DNA of 64,000 nt from Desulfurococcaceae archaeon. Its GTDB lineage: Archaea > Thermoproteota > Thermoprotei_A > Sulfolobales > Desulfurococcaceae. The stretch is from the NCBI GenBank assembly GCA_038816475.1, contig JAWBAI010000002.1, positions 64,001-128,000 of the forward strand, read 5' to 3'. Positions 40,243 to 51,217 of the stretch are shown in pieces (the stretch's first letter is position 1; every line of letters begins with the position of its first letter). Position numbers and translations under genes: made by a program. The notes beneath the pieces are model-generated. The model searched no databases, was not told the DNA's origin, and was given only the letters and a program-made list of their open reading frames with translations.

Positions 40243-42708
40243 CTACAGCACATTCTGAGTAAAATTGTACTTATTAGACCAGACACCTGGGTTGTATTCA
40301 TTGTGTTTAATTCCTGTAAAGTACTCGAAGAATACACATGCTATGTTATGCCCTTCTTCCTGTAGAACCTTAACGGGTTTTCCAAGATACTCTGAAGCCT
40401 CATCCCAAGTATGACCTTGCAAGGCCTTAGATATTAGCAGTAGTTCTTGAAACTTAGTCAGCTGTGGTCTACTGCTAGGTGCTACAAGCCAGTACAGCTT
40501 TGCTGCTCTGTGCATAAGGTCTGCTGCAGCTTCGAATGTCATAGGACCTACACAGTACGTCCATAGTTTGTCGATGAACACTGTTGATAGTAGTTCGAGT
40601 GGTTTACTGGAATAGACATATGGTTCCATGCTCAACATCAAGTGCGCTATTTCCGGCTCTAACTCTCTGTAGTTTATAGCTAGGCTGTTGAGAAGCTTAA
40701 GTTTGAACTCTAGCTGAGCTATCCTCACCATGTTCTCTGTTTTACTGTTAAGAGGTTTTAATACTAGAACCGTGTACTCGCCGCTGACAGGGTTACGCTC
40801 CGGGCTTATGTGAACAACGCTAAACCCGTTCTTAATCCAGAATCGCAGTAATTCTTCTGTTACACCAAACCCTGATCCCACCCAATCAAGGTTGAGCACG
40901 CTTGCTTCCTCGAAGATCTTCTGCAAAGCCCAGCTTCCAATCCCTTTTCCTTGCACAGCTGGATGCGTTGCTATTCTAACAATACGCCATCCTCTGGTTT
41001 CAGCGAAATCTATCAACCGAGTATGCTTAAGGAATCGGTCAGGTATGATATTGCCTGGGATCTTAGCGCCTTTCAGCAGTTCCTTGGCGTACTCGTAGTC
41101 TATGGGACCCTCCTGCGCTATCTGTATAGCGCAAACAACTTTTCCGCTTCTCGTTTTCACAGCTCTTATGATGTGATGTGGTGCATCAGCAAGCATTCCA
41201 AGATCATCTGGCTCGTTTCTGTAGTGAGCGAGAACATATATACCAAACAATTGCCTTAGCTCATCTTCGTTCTCGAATAGCTCTTCAACATTGTATTTGA
41301 CGTACACAAGTCTCTTCTCGCTTATGTCCTCTAGGTCTCTTTGGTCGAGTTCAACTGGCTCAGCATCCAGTAGTAGAGTTTTGAACTGCCATTCCTCTAT
41401 TGGATCATTGTAGTTGTACCTAATAGGCTCGGTCATCTCGTACTCGTAGAGTTCAACGTTGTCCATGGACTTCAGCTTCTTTAGAAACCTAACGGAGAAT
41501 CCGCGTCCAGAACCTTCATAGCCGTGTATGGTCGTGGAGAATACAAGCCTGTTGTGAGCATCAAGTATCTTGTACAGTAGAGGTACATGTATACCCGCTG
41601 CTTCATCAACCACTACTATGTCCCCTTTTAGCTTAGGAATTACGACAGGCTCCCAGTATTCAATGCTAAACCTCTCACCACGTATTTCAACAATGTATCC
41701 TTCCTTCTTGACGATCTCGTACTTGAACCCTAGAGCATCTAGTACTTTCGTAGCAAGTTGCATTAGTGATTGAATATTGCTAGGTGAAGGAGATGTAATT
41801 AGTGCTCTAAACCTTGGTTTCACCTTTCTGAATAAGTGTGCAAGTCCCGCTAAACCTATGCCTATAGCACAGCTTTTTCCACGACCACGGTCAGCTATTA
41901 AGTTAAAGACCTTCTTAACACCCTTCTTCGGTTTTTCATACATGTTCTCAATAATCCTGATAACATTGACCTGGTCCATGGTTAAAGCGTGTTCGTAGAC
42001 TACCCTTGGGAAGAGCGTTGTCTCGGGAATTCTAATGGTTCTCTCGTACGGCTTTATCTCTCTCTTTATCTCTAGCCTCTTGATCACTCTATTGCTATCA
42101 GCTTCATACACCGCTATTCCATCGTGACTCAAGAGCTTTTTCTTAAACCAGGTTATGAACACGTGACGAGGTTCTGGAAATTGAGGAACTGTTAGAGTTT
42201 CCTTGAATATTGTCCTAAAGTTATCCCAACTACTCCACGGTGGTGTAAGAAATACTAGTAATCCTCCCCCTTCGATTATTCCAACAAGTCTACCAACATC
42301 GTTTGGCTTTAAGTCCTTTGTTAAATCCATAACAAGAAACTGAAACGTTGTACCAAGATACTTTTCGCTCTTCTCGTAGACAGCGAACTCGAACTCTACA
42401 TGATTGTTTAACGATACCTTGTTTTCAAAGATTTCACGCATTTGTACAGCATCGGGGAACTCATCATGGAAAACGTAAAGACCCTTGAGCTTTTTGTTCT
42501 TGTCTAGTCTTATCCACTTCTTTGCGTAGTATTCGATAGCTTTTGCTGCCAGTACTCCTAGTTTACCTGGGTCCGAGCCCGAAATTACTAGCAGGGTTCT
42601 AAGCTTCGCTCTTACAAGTGGCTCTACAAGTTTACCAACATCTCTCAGAAGTTTTGAAAAGCTAGAAGGAATGACAATCTCTTTCTCTAAGTCATTCAAT
42701 AACAACAC
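40243..42708 (-). CDS. tmcA: tRNA/rRNA cytidine acetyltransferase TmcA/Nat10
   Basis: ADRGRGKS, DEAA, TTIHGYEGSGRGF, AHYRNEPDDL, RIVRIATHP..QGKGIG. Confidence 0.96.
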   Translation of the reverse strand: MLLLNDLEKEIVIPSSFSKLLRDVGKLVEPLVRAKLRTLLVISGSDPGKLGVLAAKAIEYYAKKWIRLDKNKKLKGLYVFHDEFPDAVQMREIFENKVSLNNHVEFEFAVYEKSEKYLGTTFQFLVMDLTKDLKPNDVGRLVGIIEGGGLLVFLTPPWSSWDNFRTIFKETLTVPQFPEPRHVFITWFKKKLLSHDGIAVYEADSNRVIKRLEIKREIKPYERTIRIPETTLFPRVVYEHALTMDQVNVIRIIENMYEKPKKGVKKVFNLIADRGRGKSCAIGIGLAGLAHLFRKVKPRFRALITSPSPSNIQSLMQLATKVLDALGFKYEIVKKEGYIVEIRGERFSIEYWEPVVIPKLKGDIVVVDEAAGIHVPLLYKILDAHNRLVFSTTIHGYEGSGRGFSVRFLKKLKSMDNVELYEYEMTEPIRYNYNDPIEEWQFKTLLLDAEPVELDQRDLEDISEKRLVYVKYNVEELFENEDELRQLFGIYVLAHYRNEPDDLGMLADAPHHIIRAVKTRSGKVVCAIQIAQEGPIDYEYAKELLKGAKIPGNIIPDRFLKHTRLIDFAETRGWRIVRIATHPAVQGKGIGSWALQKIFEEASVLNLDWVGSGFGVTEELLRFWIKNGFSVVHISPERNPVSGEYTVLVLKPLNSKTENMVRIAQLEFKLKLLNSLAINYRELEPEIAHLMLSMEPYVYSSKPLELLSTVFIDKLWTYCVGPMTFEAAADLMHRAAKLYWLVAPSSRPQLTKFQELLLISKALQGHTWDEASEYLGKPVKVLQEEGHNIACVFFEYFTGIKHNEYNPGVWSNKYNFTQNVL

Positions 42709-42727
42709 ACCACTGAATACACGGGGG

Positions 42728-44980
42728 CTAGCCGTATGCTAAAGGTGCTCTTCTGAAGCCTCCGCTGGTGCTCACCTTCTTTACTTCTCTAGCTATTCTC
42801 TCGTACATTTCAATATCAGCTTTACTAAGTGAAGGTGGTATTTTGTTTAGTGCTTCATTGAAGTGTCTAGCTTCTACTTTAACTACATGTAGCGAGCCTG
42901 TTTTTGCAAACGCCTCTCTTAGGGCAATCATGGCCGCCTCTTTACATACAGCTGCTATATCTGCTCCCGTGTACCCTTCTGTGTGCTTAGATAGGTCCTC
43001 TATGTTAACATCCTCGCCCAATGGCAACTTACGGGTATGTACTTTGAATATTTCAACTCTGGCTTTGTAGTCTGGTGGTGGCACGTAAATAAGCTTGTCG
43101 AACCTACCTGGTCTGAGTAACGCTGGGTCCAGTAGGTCTGGTCTATTGGTAGCAGCTATAACTACTACTCGTCTCAGGGGCTGAATACCATCGAGCTCTG
43201 TAAGCAACTGATTCACTATTCTATCGATAACACCACTGGGGTCACTACCTCTAACTGCTGCTATCGAGTCTATCTCATCAAAGAATATAACTGCTGGCTC
43301 CACCATTCGTGCTCTTCTGAAGATCTGCCTTATAGCCTTCTCGGATTCACCAACCCACTTGCTTAAGACCTCTGGTCCTCTAACCGCTATGAAGTTTGCA
43401 CCACTCTCCGTTGCAACAGCTTTCGCCAGCAGGGTTTTACCTGTCCCCGGAGGGCCGAAGAGAAGTATTCCCTTCGGTGGTTCAATACCCATTTTCTCGA
43501 ATACGTGCGGGTACTTCATGGGCCACTCTATGCTTTCTCTTAGTTCCTGCTTTATGTCGTCCAATCCTCCAATATCTGTCCATCTGACTTCGGGGATTTC
43601 GACGAACACTTCTCTTATTAGAGTTGGCTGAACGCTTCTCATAGCTACTAAGAAGTCCTCCATGGTGACTTTCAGTTTTTCAAGTTTTTCAGCGGGAATC
43701 GGCTGATTAAGGTCTATCTTTTCGTTCTGTATGAATCTTCTCAGAGCATTCATAGCAGCTTCTTTTACTAGAGCTGCTAGATCAGCGCCTGTGTACCCAT
43801 GTGTCACCTCGGCGATCTTCTCGAGGTCCACGTCTTCAGCTAAAGGCATGTTCCTGGTGTGAACAGCTAGTATTTCTCTACGAGCTCTCTTATCGGGTGG
43901 TGGTATCTCTATTTCTCTGTCGAAGCGACCAGGTCTTCTGAGAGCAGGATCCACTGCTTCTGGTCTATTGGTAGCACCAATGACTACAACCTTACCTCGC
44001 TCCTTTAGTCCATCCATTAGAGCTAGAAGCTGAGCTACAACTCTCTTCTCGACTTCGCCTACGACTTCTTCGCGTTTGGGAGCAATGCTGTCTATTTCGT
44101 CTATGAATATTATAGCTGGCGCGTTTGCTTGTGCTTCTTCAAATATTCTTCTTAACCTCTCCTCGGATTCACCGTAGAATTTGCTCATAATCTCAGGTCC
44201 GTTGATACTCACGAAGTAGGCTCCAATCTCGTTCGCCAAAGCCTTGGCCAGTAGCGTTTTACCTGTGCCAGGAGGACCGTAGAGCAGTATTCCTTTCGGT
44301 GGTTCTATTCCAAGCCTCTCGAAGATCTCTGGGTGCTTCAAGGGTAGTTCAACTATTTCTCTGATCTTCTGTTTCACCTCTTCGAGGTCACCTATGTCTT
44401 CCCAGGTTATTCTCGGTATTCCTTCGAGTGTTTCCGGTCGAACTGGTTGCATTCTAACTTCGATGACTGTGTCGTCTGTTACGTATACTACAACTGATGG
44501 TTGAACACTCGTTACTACGAACCTGAGCAACATTCCGTAGAGAGTAACGTCAATTATATCACCTCTTTTAACTGGATTACCATGCAAGTACCTTTTGATC
44601 AGATGCGCGTAGTAGTCGGGGTCTGCTTTAATGTAAGATATGCTCCCAACAGGTGCAACAACTACTCGTATAGCTGGTTCAACTCTTATTGGTTTAATAG
44701 TTACGTAATCACCCGGCGATACACCCAGGTTTTTTCTCACTGTTCCATCTATTCTTATAAGTCCAGCTCCTTCGTCATCAGTGTACGCGGGCCAAACCTT
44801 GAGTACTTCACGGCCCTTTGGTCCTATGACCTCAATAAAGTCTCCGGGGTCAACACCAAGTTTTCTCATAGTTTCTCGGTCTATTCTAGCGATCTTATGT
44901 CCAACGTCACGAGCTCTAGCTTCTGCTACCCTAAGCTTAATAGATTTATCGGATCTCTCAGTAGAGCTTGGCTGCGACAT
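42728..44980 (-). CDS. cdc48: CDC48/VAT family AAA+ ATPase
   Basis: N-domain plus two AAA modules (GPPGTGKT twice, [13 protein letters not shown]). Confidence 0.98.
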   Translation of the reverse strand: MSQPSSTERSDKSIKLRVAEARARDVGHKIARIDRETMRKLGVDPGDFIEVIGPKGREVLKVWPAYTDDEGAGLIRIDGTVRKNLGVSPGDYVTIKPIRVEPAIRVVVAPVGSISYIKADPDYYAHLIKRYLHGNPVKRGDIIDVTLYGMLLRFVVTSVQPSVVVYVTDDTVIEVRMQPVRPETLEGIPRITWEDIGDLEEVKQKIREIVELPLKHPEIFERLGIEPPKGILLYGPPGTGKTLLAKALANEIGAYFVSINGPEIMSKFYGESEERLRRIFEEAQANAPAIIFIDEIDSIAPKREEVVGEVEKRVVAQLLALMDGLKERGKVVVIGATNRPEAVDPALRRPGRFDREIEIPPPDKRARREILAVHTRNMPLAEDVDLEKIAEVTHGYTGADLAALVKEAAMNALRRFIQNEKIDLNQPIPAEKLEKLKVTMEDFLVAMRSVQPTLIREVFVEIPEVRWTDIGGLDDIKQELRESIEWPMKYPHVFEKMGIEPPKGILLFGPPGTGKTLLAKAVATESGANFIAVRGPEVLSKWVGESEKAIRQIFRRARMVEPAVIFFDEIDSIAAVRGSDPSGVIDRIVNQLLTELDGIQPLRRVVVIAATNRPDLLDPALLRPGRFDKLIYVPPPDYKARVEIFKVHTRKLPLGEDVNIEDLSKHTEGYTGADIAAVCKEAAMIALREAFAKTGSLHVVKVEARHFNEALNKIPPSLSKADIEMYERIAREVKKVSTSGGFRRAPLAYG

Positions 44981-45086
44981 GTACTATATCCCTATACTAG
45001 TGAATTACACAGGGTATTAAAGCAGTTACTTAAAACAGAACTTAAGCTTTTAGTCTATTAAGGTGCGCTGCGTTCAATCTGTAGCT

Positions 45087-45620
45087 CTAAACCTCCACGC
45101 AGAACTTTGAGTATTCATTGAACTCTTCATTATCCAAACTTACGTTTTCTCTTAGAACTTCGCATATCTCCCAGGGGAAAATTATCCAGTCCTCCGAAGT
45201 ACTGTAGTAGTAGTCGGGCATGAACGTACTCCATGGTTTTAAGAACATTGCTACTGTTTTCACGTTCTTTACTCTATAACTGGAAAGCGTGTTCACCACT
45301 AGTTGCATGGTTCTACCAGTATCTACTACGTCGTCCACGACTAGAACGTTCTTGTCCGCAATCGGTGGAAGAGCCAGTATTCTAATGAACGGTTTATCCA
45401 TCGTGAATCCAATGCTCTTGTAGAATTTCACTTCGACTACTCCGAACTCGTCCACGTTTAAGAAGTCAAGCATTATTCTCGCTGGAACCAGTCCTCCTTT
45501 CGCTACAGCTACGATAACATCTGGTTTATACCTTTTGGATATTTCGTGTGCTAGCTTTACCGAGATATCTACTATTTCTTTCCATGAAACATACTTCAAG
45601 CGAGGTTTATGTTTGCTCAT
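45087..45620 (-). CDS. Purine phosphoribosyltransferase (Hpt/Gpt-like)
   Basis: AKGGLVPA, VLVVDDVVDTGRT, WIIFPWE. Confidence 0.9.
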   Translation of the reverse strand: MSKHKPRLKYVSWKEIVDISVKLAHEISKRYKPDVIVAVAKGGLVPARIMLDFLNVDEFGVVEVKFYKSIGFTMDKPFIRILALPPIADKNVLVVDDVVDTGRTMQLVVNTLSSYRVKNVKTVAMFLKPWSTFMPDYYYSTSEDWIIFPWEICEVLRENVSLDNEEFNEYSKFCVEV

Positions 45621-45661
45621 GGGTTGTTAGTATTTTGATTCTGGTTTAAAAGGCCGTATTT

Positions 45662-47290
45662 ATGTATTATGTAGCGGGCACATTGACGAAGTACGTTTTC
45701 GTAACTGGAGGCGTGCTCTCAGGTCTGGGTAAGGGTATAGTAACAGCGTCGATAGGCTTACTACTGAAAAGCATGGGGTACAACGTAACGGCGATCAAGA
45801 TCGACCCCTACTTGAATGTTGATGCTGGAACGATGAGCCCCTATGCTCACGGAGAGGTTTTTGTAACCGAGGATGGTGGAGAAACAGACATGGACATAGG
45901 TCACTACGAGAGATTTCTCAATGTAAATCTTTCGAAAAAGAACAACATCACCTCAGGCCAAGTGTACTACAATGTAATACTCAAGGAGAGAAGAGGTGAT
46001 TACCTAGGACAATGTGTACAGATAATACCACACGTTACCGACGAGATAAAGTTCATGATAAGAAACATTGCTCAAGAATCCGGAGCCGATATAGCTATTG
46101 TTGAGATTGGAGGTACCGTGGGAGACATCGAGGGATTGCCTTTCCAGGAAGCTGCAAGACAGATTAAATTCGACGTCGGTGAGAGCAACGTATTCTACGT
46201 GCACGTTGCACTAGCACCTATCCTTCCAAGTGGTGAACTCAAAACAAAACCCATACAGCATAGTGTTCAGGAGCTGAGAAGAATCGGTATTCAACCTGAT
46301 GCGATTGTTGTAAGGTCCGCTAGATTCATCGACAATGAGGCGCGCTCAAAAATAGCTCTGTACAGTAACTTGCCACCGAGAGCTGTATTCAGTAATCCGG
46401 ACTTGGAACATATCTACGAGGTTCCCCTCATTCTGCACGAGCAGGAATTCACGAAGTATATTGCAGAAAGGCTCAGATTAGACTACAGGGAGCCAGAATT
46501 ACCTGCTTGGCGAGAGTTTGTTAACAAGCTTAAAACTGCAAGTAGAGTTGTTAAGATAGCCATGATCGGTAAGTACACTAAGATCAGGGATAGCTACGTG
46601 AGTATTATTGAAGCAATAAAGCACTCCTCAGCGTGGAAAGGCGTGAAGCCTGAACTTCTGTGGATAGAGTCCACTGATATAGAAGGTGATCAGCTTCTTG
46701 TAAGAAAGCTCGATGCTGTGGACGGCGCCATTATTCTCCCGGGTTTCGGGAAAAGAGGTGCAGAGGGAAAAATACTGGCGATAAAGTACCTTCGCGAACA
46801 TCTAAAGCCTGTTCTCGGTATATGCTTTGGCATGCAACTAATGATAATCGAAGCTTTTAGAAACATCATTGGACTAAGCAAAGCTAATAGCACAGAATTG
46901 GACCCGAACACACCATATCCAGTCGTAGACCTTCTGCCTGAACAAAGGAACCTGAGCGCTATGGGGGGAACACTCAGGCTTGGAGCTAGGAAGATACTGA
47001 TCAAGCCGGGTACATGGGCTTACAGAGCTTACGGTACATGCGAGGTATACGAAAGGTTTAGACACAGGTACGGTTTCAACAACAAGTACATTGACCTACT
47101 TGAGAAAGCCGGTCTCGAGGTATCGGGGTACAGCGAAGAAGGCTATGCTGAAATAGTTGAGCTTAAAAATACCAAGACACTGTACCTTGGAATACAAGCA
47201 CATCCCGAATTCAAGAGCAGGCCTCTTCAGCCGAGTCCTATCTTCAGCTTGTTCATCGACAATGTGCTTCAAAATAAGCATGTGGACTAG
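45662..47290 (+). CDS. pyrG: CTP synthase
   Basis: GGVLSGLGKG, KIDPYLNVDAGTM, KTKP.Q, GICFGMQ, QAHPEF; start may be TTG at LTKY. Confidence 0.98.
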   Translation: MYYVAGTLTKYVFVTGGVLSGLGKGIVTASIGLLLKSMGYNVTAIKIDPYLNVDAGTMSPYAHGEVFVTEDGGETDMDIGHYERFLNVNLSKKNNITSGQVYYNVILKERRGDYLGQCVQIIPHVTDEIKFMIRNIAQESGADIAIVEIGGTVGDIEGLPFQEAARQIKFDVGESNVFYVHVALAPILPSGELKTKPIQHSVQELRRIGIQPDAIVVRSARFIDNEARSKIALYSNLPPRAVFSNPDLEHIYEVPLILHEQEFTKYIAERLRLDYREPELPAWREFVNKLKTASRVVKIAMIGKYTKIRDSYVSIIEAIKHSSAWKGVKPELLWIESTDIEGDQLLVRKLDAVDGAIILPGFGKRGAEGKILAIKYLREHLKPVLGICFGMQLMIIEAFRNIIGLSKANSTELDPNTPYPVVDLLPEQRNLSAMGGTLRLGARKILIKPGTWAYRAYGTCEVYERFRHRYGFNNKYIDLLEKAGLEVSGYSEEGYAEIVELKNTKTLYLGIQAHPEFKSRPLQPSPIFSLFIDNVLQNKHVD

Positions 47291-47377
47291 AGAACAGGTC
47301 CCCCTTGGTCACAAGTAACGCATAGTGGTTACAGATAACAGCTCGATAGGCAACTACCTGGGGTTCTCTGTTCTAAG

Positions 47378-48091
47378 CTACTTAAACGACGCCTGATAGT
47401 TTCTGTAAACAATCTCCTCTACGTAGCTTACGCTGATATTCCTGGTACGAGCAAGAAACTTAACCGTGTTTTCCACCATATCGGGAGTCATTTCCAACCC
47501 CCGATAGTTGTAAGGTGCATCACTCTCCGTGATCACGTGGTTCAGGTTAACTATTTCCAGTATTCTACGATGTTTGTTTTGAATAATCCAAGCTGGATTT
47601 GCACCAATAAAGTACCCTTCACTCTGAATTTCCTCTAGAACATCAATAGGTCCTGTGTACCAGTGAAAGTAGGCTCTTGAGACATCATTGGTTTTCAAGA
47701 TTTCAAGAACCTCACGCCACGCATCTGCAGCATGTATATTCAGCACAAGGTCGTATTCTTTAGCATACTCAACGAAGATCGCGAACACTTCGAGTTGCTT
47801 TTCGAACGTATTTGGCTTGAACTTTTTATCGAGTCCAACTTCACCAAGGCATTTAACAGAGTCTTTACCAATGACTTCGTTCAGCATAGTTTTAATAGCG
47901 TTCGTGCCATACTCGTGAGCAACCCAGGGGTGTACCCCCACGCATGCTTCTACTTCTTTGTACTTTTCTTGTAGTTTAAGAGTAGCTTGACTAGATACTG
48001 GATCATCTGAAACACACACTAATTTTACCTTGCCAATGTACTTCGCTAAGTCTCCTAGTTCATAGCAGTGAACGTGCATATCTACGAGCAT
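47378..48091 (-). CDS. tatD: TatD family metallo-hydrolase/DNase
   Basis: DMHVH, GVHPW, GEVGLD, HWYTG, TESDAPY. Confidence 0.93.
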   Translation of the reverse strand: MLVDMHVHCYELGDLAKYIGKVKLVCVSDDPVSSQATLKLQEKYKEVEACVGVHPWVAHEYGTNAIKTMLNEVIGKDSVKCLGEVGLDKKFKPNTFEKQLEVFAIFVEYAKEYDLVLNIHAADAWREVLEILKTNDVSRAYFHWYTGPIDVLEEIQSEGYFIGANPAWIIQNKHRRILEIVNLNHVITESDAPYNYRGLEMTPDMVENTVKFLARTRNISVSYVEEIVYRNYQASFK

Positions 48092-48096
48092 ATCGA

Positions 48097-48603
48097 TCAG
48101 CTCTTCCCGTTGTTAAGCAGTTTAAACAGGTCGTATTTCTTCTCGGAGCATTCAACCTGGTTTTCATGATTCACCACATTAATTAAAGGTGTAGTACGAC
48201 CTATGCTCTCTAGGACTACAAGGGGGTATTGAAGAGCTCTTAGCAATTCGGCTAAACTCCTTTCACATGGTGATAAGGTGAGTCTTTCACATGCTCCTGG
48301 ACGACTTGAAAGAGCAAAAACATCCTCATCGCAAATATCGAAGAACACTTCATCGAGAAATACACATGGTGATACTCCTTCATCTAGAATCCATATAGTG
48401 GTTTTTTCAATACCCCATACGTGTACTTGGAATCCACGTCCTTGACATATAGAAACTCTGCTGGGTTTATGAATGAGCATCAGTAGAGTTCTCTTGCGTG
48501 CATTGAAGTATACAATGTTGTTTTCGTAGTCGTATTTAGCAACTTCAATGTTACTACATGTAACGGATTCATCAATGTGACAAAAAGCGTTACTCAAATC
48601 CAT
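48097..48603 (-). CDS. Hypothetical protein (no family recognised)
   Basis: Co-oriented and adjacent to tatD; probable ATG at 48603 (ORF track start 48732 overlaps the sRNA). Confidence 0.55.
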   Translation of the reverse strand: MDLSNAFCHIDESVTCSNIEVAKYDYENNIVYFNARKRTLLMLIHKPSRVSICQGRGFQVHVWGIEKTTIWILDEGVSPCVFLDEVFFDICDEDVFALSSRPGACERLTLSPCERSLAELLRALQYPLVVLESIGRTTPLINVVNHENQVECSEKKYDLFKLLNNGKS

Positions 48604-48721
48604 AGCCGTGTTCCTCTCAAACCTGTGTTCTCTCATTACTACTATCATTAAAAGTAGTGCTCTATCCAGGGTAAATATATTAGGTTTAAAACTTACCACA
48701 TTGATGTTGAACCTTGGTATC

Positions 48722-48785
48722 GACTCGCCCATGATGACTTTGCCGAAGCCTGAAGTGTGATGTTTCTCCCGAAGTCTGAGGAGTC
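48722..48785 (+). ncRNA. Box C/D guide sRNA, likely targeting 23S rRNA
   Basis: C ATGATGA 48731; D' CTGA 48750; C' GTGATGT 48757; D CTGA 48776; two 12-nt guides; terminal stem GACTC/GAGTC. Confidence 0.88.
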
Positions 48786-48789
48786 TTCT

Positions 48790-49458
48790 ATGCCGAAACT
48801 GGGATTGATTGTACTAGATCTTGATGAAACAACGCTGGAGAACATTTTTGATTTTTACGAAGCGTACTGCACTGCTCTTAGAATTTACAGTGAGGATTGC
48901 CCTGGTTTTGACGAGTTCATGGTTATGTTCAACGAAAATAAACTACATGAGAAAATCCCCTCGCATGTTAACCATGTGGATTTCTGGAGAACCTTTAGGA
49001 AGCTGTATGCATCCAAGCACTCATGGCTTAAGAAGGGACTTAGAGAGTTCCTGTACTATGTGAAGAATCTAGGTGTGAGAATCGTTATCATAAGTGGAAG
49101 AGAAAGCCCTTCGTATGGAATATGGTTTGACCTTAGGAAACATGGTATTGATGAATACGTGGACGAGCTGTACACAATGTGGGATCTAGAAATCCTACGT
49201 GGATATGAAGAATTCCTCTTCGACAAATCCTACCTGGTAAATCACGCAAGGAGAAGACTTGGTGTGCAGGGAGAAACAGTTTGTATTGGTGATTACGTTA
49301 CAGACTACTACAGTTGTGTAAAAGCCGGAGGAATTTTTATTGGAATAAACAGCGAAGAGAGTAGAAATACTGCTTTGAAAAAAGCAGGAGTTAAGTACGT
49401 AGCTAGGGATTTCACGGATGTACTGGTGATCCTAAGTGAACTTGGATTGCTTAGCTAA
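48790..49458 (+). CDS. HAD-superfamily hydrolase
   Basis: DLDET motif I, ISGR, K, IGDYVTD; ATG at 48790 just after the sRNA. Confidence 0.88.
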   Translation: MPKLGLIVLDLDETTLENIFDFYEAYCTALRIYSEDCPGFDEFMVMFNENKLHEKIPSHVNHVDFWRTFRKLYASKHSWLKKGLREFLYYVKNLGVRIVIISGRESPSYGIWFDLRKHGIDEYVDELYTMWDLEILRGYEEFLFDKSYLVNHARRRLGVQGETVCIGDYVTDYYSCVKAGGIFIGINSEESRNTALKKAGVKYVARDFTDVLVILSELGLLS

Positions 49459-49459
49459 A

Positions 49460-49783
49460 TCACAGCGTTTTCAGCACGTATCTTCCATCACTACCTATGT
49501 ATATTTCACCTCTCTCAAACAAAACGTTGATAGCTTTACGTATTTTGTCTTCACTAGCTATACCTGACAATACCTGGTGTATTTCTTTGAGATTCATTGG
49601 CTTATAGCTTAGCAGTTCCTTGACTATGTCTATAAGCTCATCATCGTTGGGCGCTGTTAGTAGAACAACGTCGTTATCCTCATGTAATGTTCTCAATCTT
49701 ACTCTCTTGCTTAGCAATTCCAGTTCCTCTGGTGTTAAGTTAGAGTTTTTCACCCGAATTCCACCACTAATCAGCAGTTTCAA
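49460..49783 (-). CDS. Small winged-helix protein
   Basis: PMNLKEIH..LSGIASEDKIRKAI..L.ERGEI....DGRY wHTH pattern. Confidence 0.7.
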   Translation of the reverse strand: MKLLISGGIRVKNSNLTPEELELLSKRVRLRTLHEDNDVVLLTAPNDDELIDIVKELLSYKPMNLKEIHQVLSGIASEDKIRKAINVLFERGEIYIGSDGRYVLKTL

Positions 49784-49834
49784 TATGCTATAAGGGTAAG
49801 TCTACCATATAAGCATTCCAGTCGAGGAGGGTGT

Positions 49835-51163
49835 ATGCTGGAAGTAGTATTTTTGTACGATAAGAGAACACGTTACAGCTTGAACTCTCTGCTAGCTACC
49901 ATAGACTCTGAGAGAGAGATTAGTGTTCGCCTTGCAGATGATCTAGACAAGCTCCTGAAGACCGCGTTATTGCTGAGAAACAAAGGTAGAAAAGTTCTAG
50001 TAGCTATTAGTCTTCTTACAACAATGCTCGCAGATCAAAGCTACCTGAACAGCCTGCTGGATACCATAGCTCTGCTAAAAAAGAAAAAGTGCATTACAGT
50101 TTGCGGAGGACCACATGCTTCAGGTGACCCCCTAGGCTCACTAGTCTCTCTCGGATTCGATTACGTGGTTATCGGTGAAGGAGAAGAAACATTTAGAGAA
50201 CTTGTCTTACTTGTTAGGGATGGTGGTGATCCCGGGAGTGTAAAAGGGATAGCTTACCTGGACCACGGGAGATTTGAGTATACAGGACGAAGAAGCCCTT
50301 TGAACCTGGACGATTATCATCCATTTCCGTACTGGAGGAACATGTTTAGCCCCATAGAGATAACGCGTGGATGCCCTTACGGCTGCTTCTACTGTCAAGT
50401 TTCATATTTTCACGGAAACGCGTATAGGCACAGAAGCGTTGACAACATAGTTTTCTACGCTAGGGTATTTTACGAGAAAGGCATGAAAGATTTAAGGTTC
50501 ATAACACCCAATGGTCTTGCCTACGGAATGAAAACTTCTGGCAGAAGTCCTGAGCTGGATAAATTGGAAGAACTGCTGAGCGCTCTTAAAAAAGAAGCTG
50601 ATAGATTTGGAGGCCGAATATTCCTGGGGACCTTTCCGAGCGAGCTTAGACCTGACCATGTCACAGAAGAGTCGCTGAAAATCCTCAAGAAATACGTTGC
50701 TAATAGACGTACAATAATAGGTGGACAGTCTGGTAGCGAAAGTGTGCTCAGGGCCATTCACCGAGGGCATAGTGTTGAAGATGTGATCAACGCTGTAGAT
50801 ATTTCGGTGAAAGTCGAATTCACGCCCGACGTGGATCTTATTCTCGGATTACCTTGCGAATGCCCAGACGACATGATTAAAACCGTTGAGATGGCAAGAA
50901 AAGTGACAGAAAAGGGTGGAAGAGTACACCTCCACTACTACTTGCCTCTCCCAGGAACACCTTTCGGGTTGAAACCACCGCAACCCATACCTCAAAGCGT
51001 GAAACGGGAACTACTAAAGCTCATAGGTACAGGCAAAGCCTACGGAGATTGGCTAAAACAAGAGGCGATGTCGTGGCGTATAATAGAGCTTCACAGGAAG
51101 GGCGTGATTTACCCGCGGTCATCAGCGCCCAGTTTCATCAGCGGATCAGACTGGGGTTCGTAG
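49835..51163 (+). CDS. B12-binding domain / radical SAM protein (MJ1487-like)
   Basis: GGPHASGDP, GEGE, EITRGCPYGCFYCQ, GTFPSELRP, GGQSGS, PLPGTP. Confidence 0.92.
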   Translation: MLEVVFLYDKRTRYSLNSLLATIDSEREISVRLADDLDKLLKTALLLRNKGRKVLVAISLLTTMLADQSYLNSLLDTIALLKKKKCITVCGGPHASGDPLGSLVSLGFDYVVIGEGEETFRELVLLVRDGGDPGSVKGIAYLDHGRFEYTGRRSPLNLDDYHPFPYWRNMFSPIEITRGCPYGCFYCQVSYFHGNAYRHRSVDNIVFYARVFYEKGMKDLRFITPNGLAYGMKTSGRSPELDKLEELLSALKKEADRFGGRIFLGTFPSELRPDHVTEESLKILKKYVANRRTIIGGQSGSESVLRAIHRGHSVEDVINAVDISVKVEFTPDVDLILGLPCECPDDMIKTVEMARKVTEKGGRVHLHYYLPLPGTPFGLKPPQPIPQSVKRELLKLIGTGKAYGDWLKQEAMSWRIIELHRKGVIYPRSSAPSFISGSDWGS

Positions 51164-51217
51164 ATTTCATCCCATACGTATTACCAAGATAGAAACTGCT
51201 TATAAAGTCTTGTATAA

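Noticed and set aside
48757-48789. N-terminal MMFLPKSEESS of the HAD ORF
   Set aside because: This is the C'/guide/D part of the C/D sRNA; ATG 48790 fits HAD motif I spacing.
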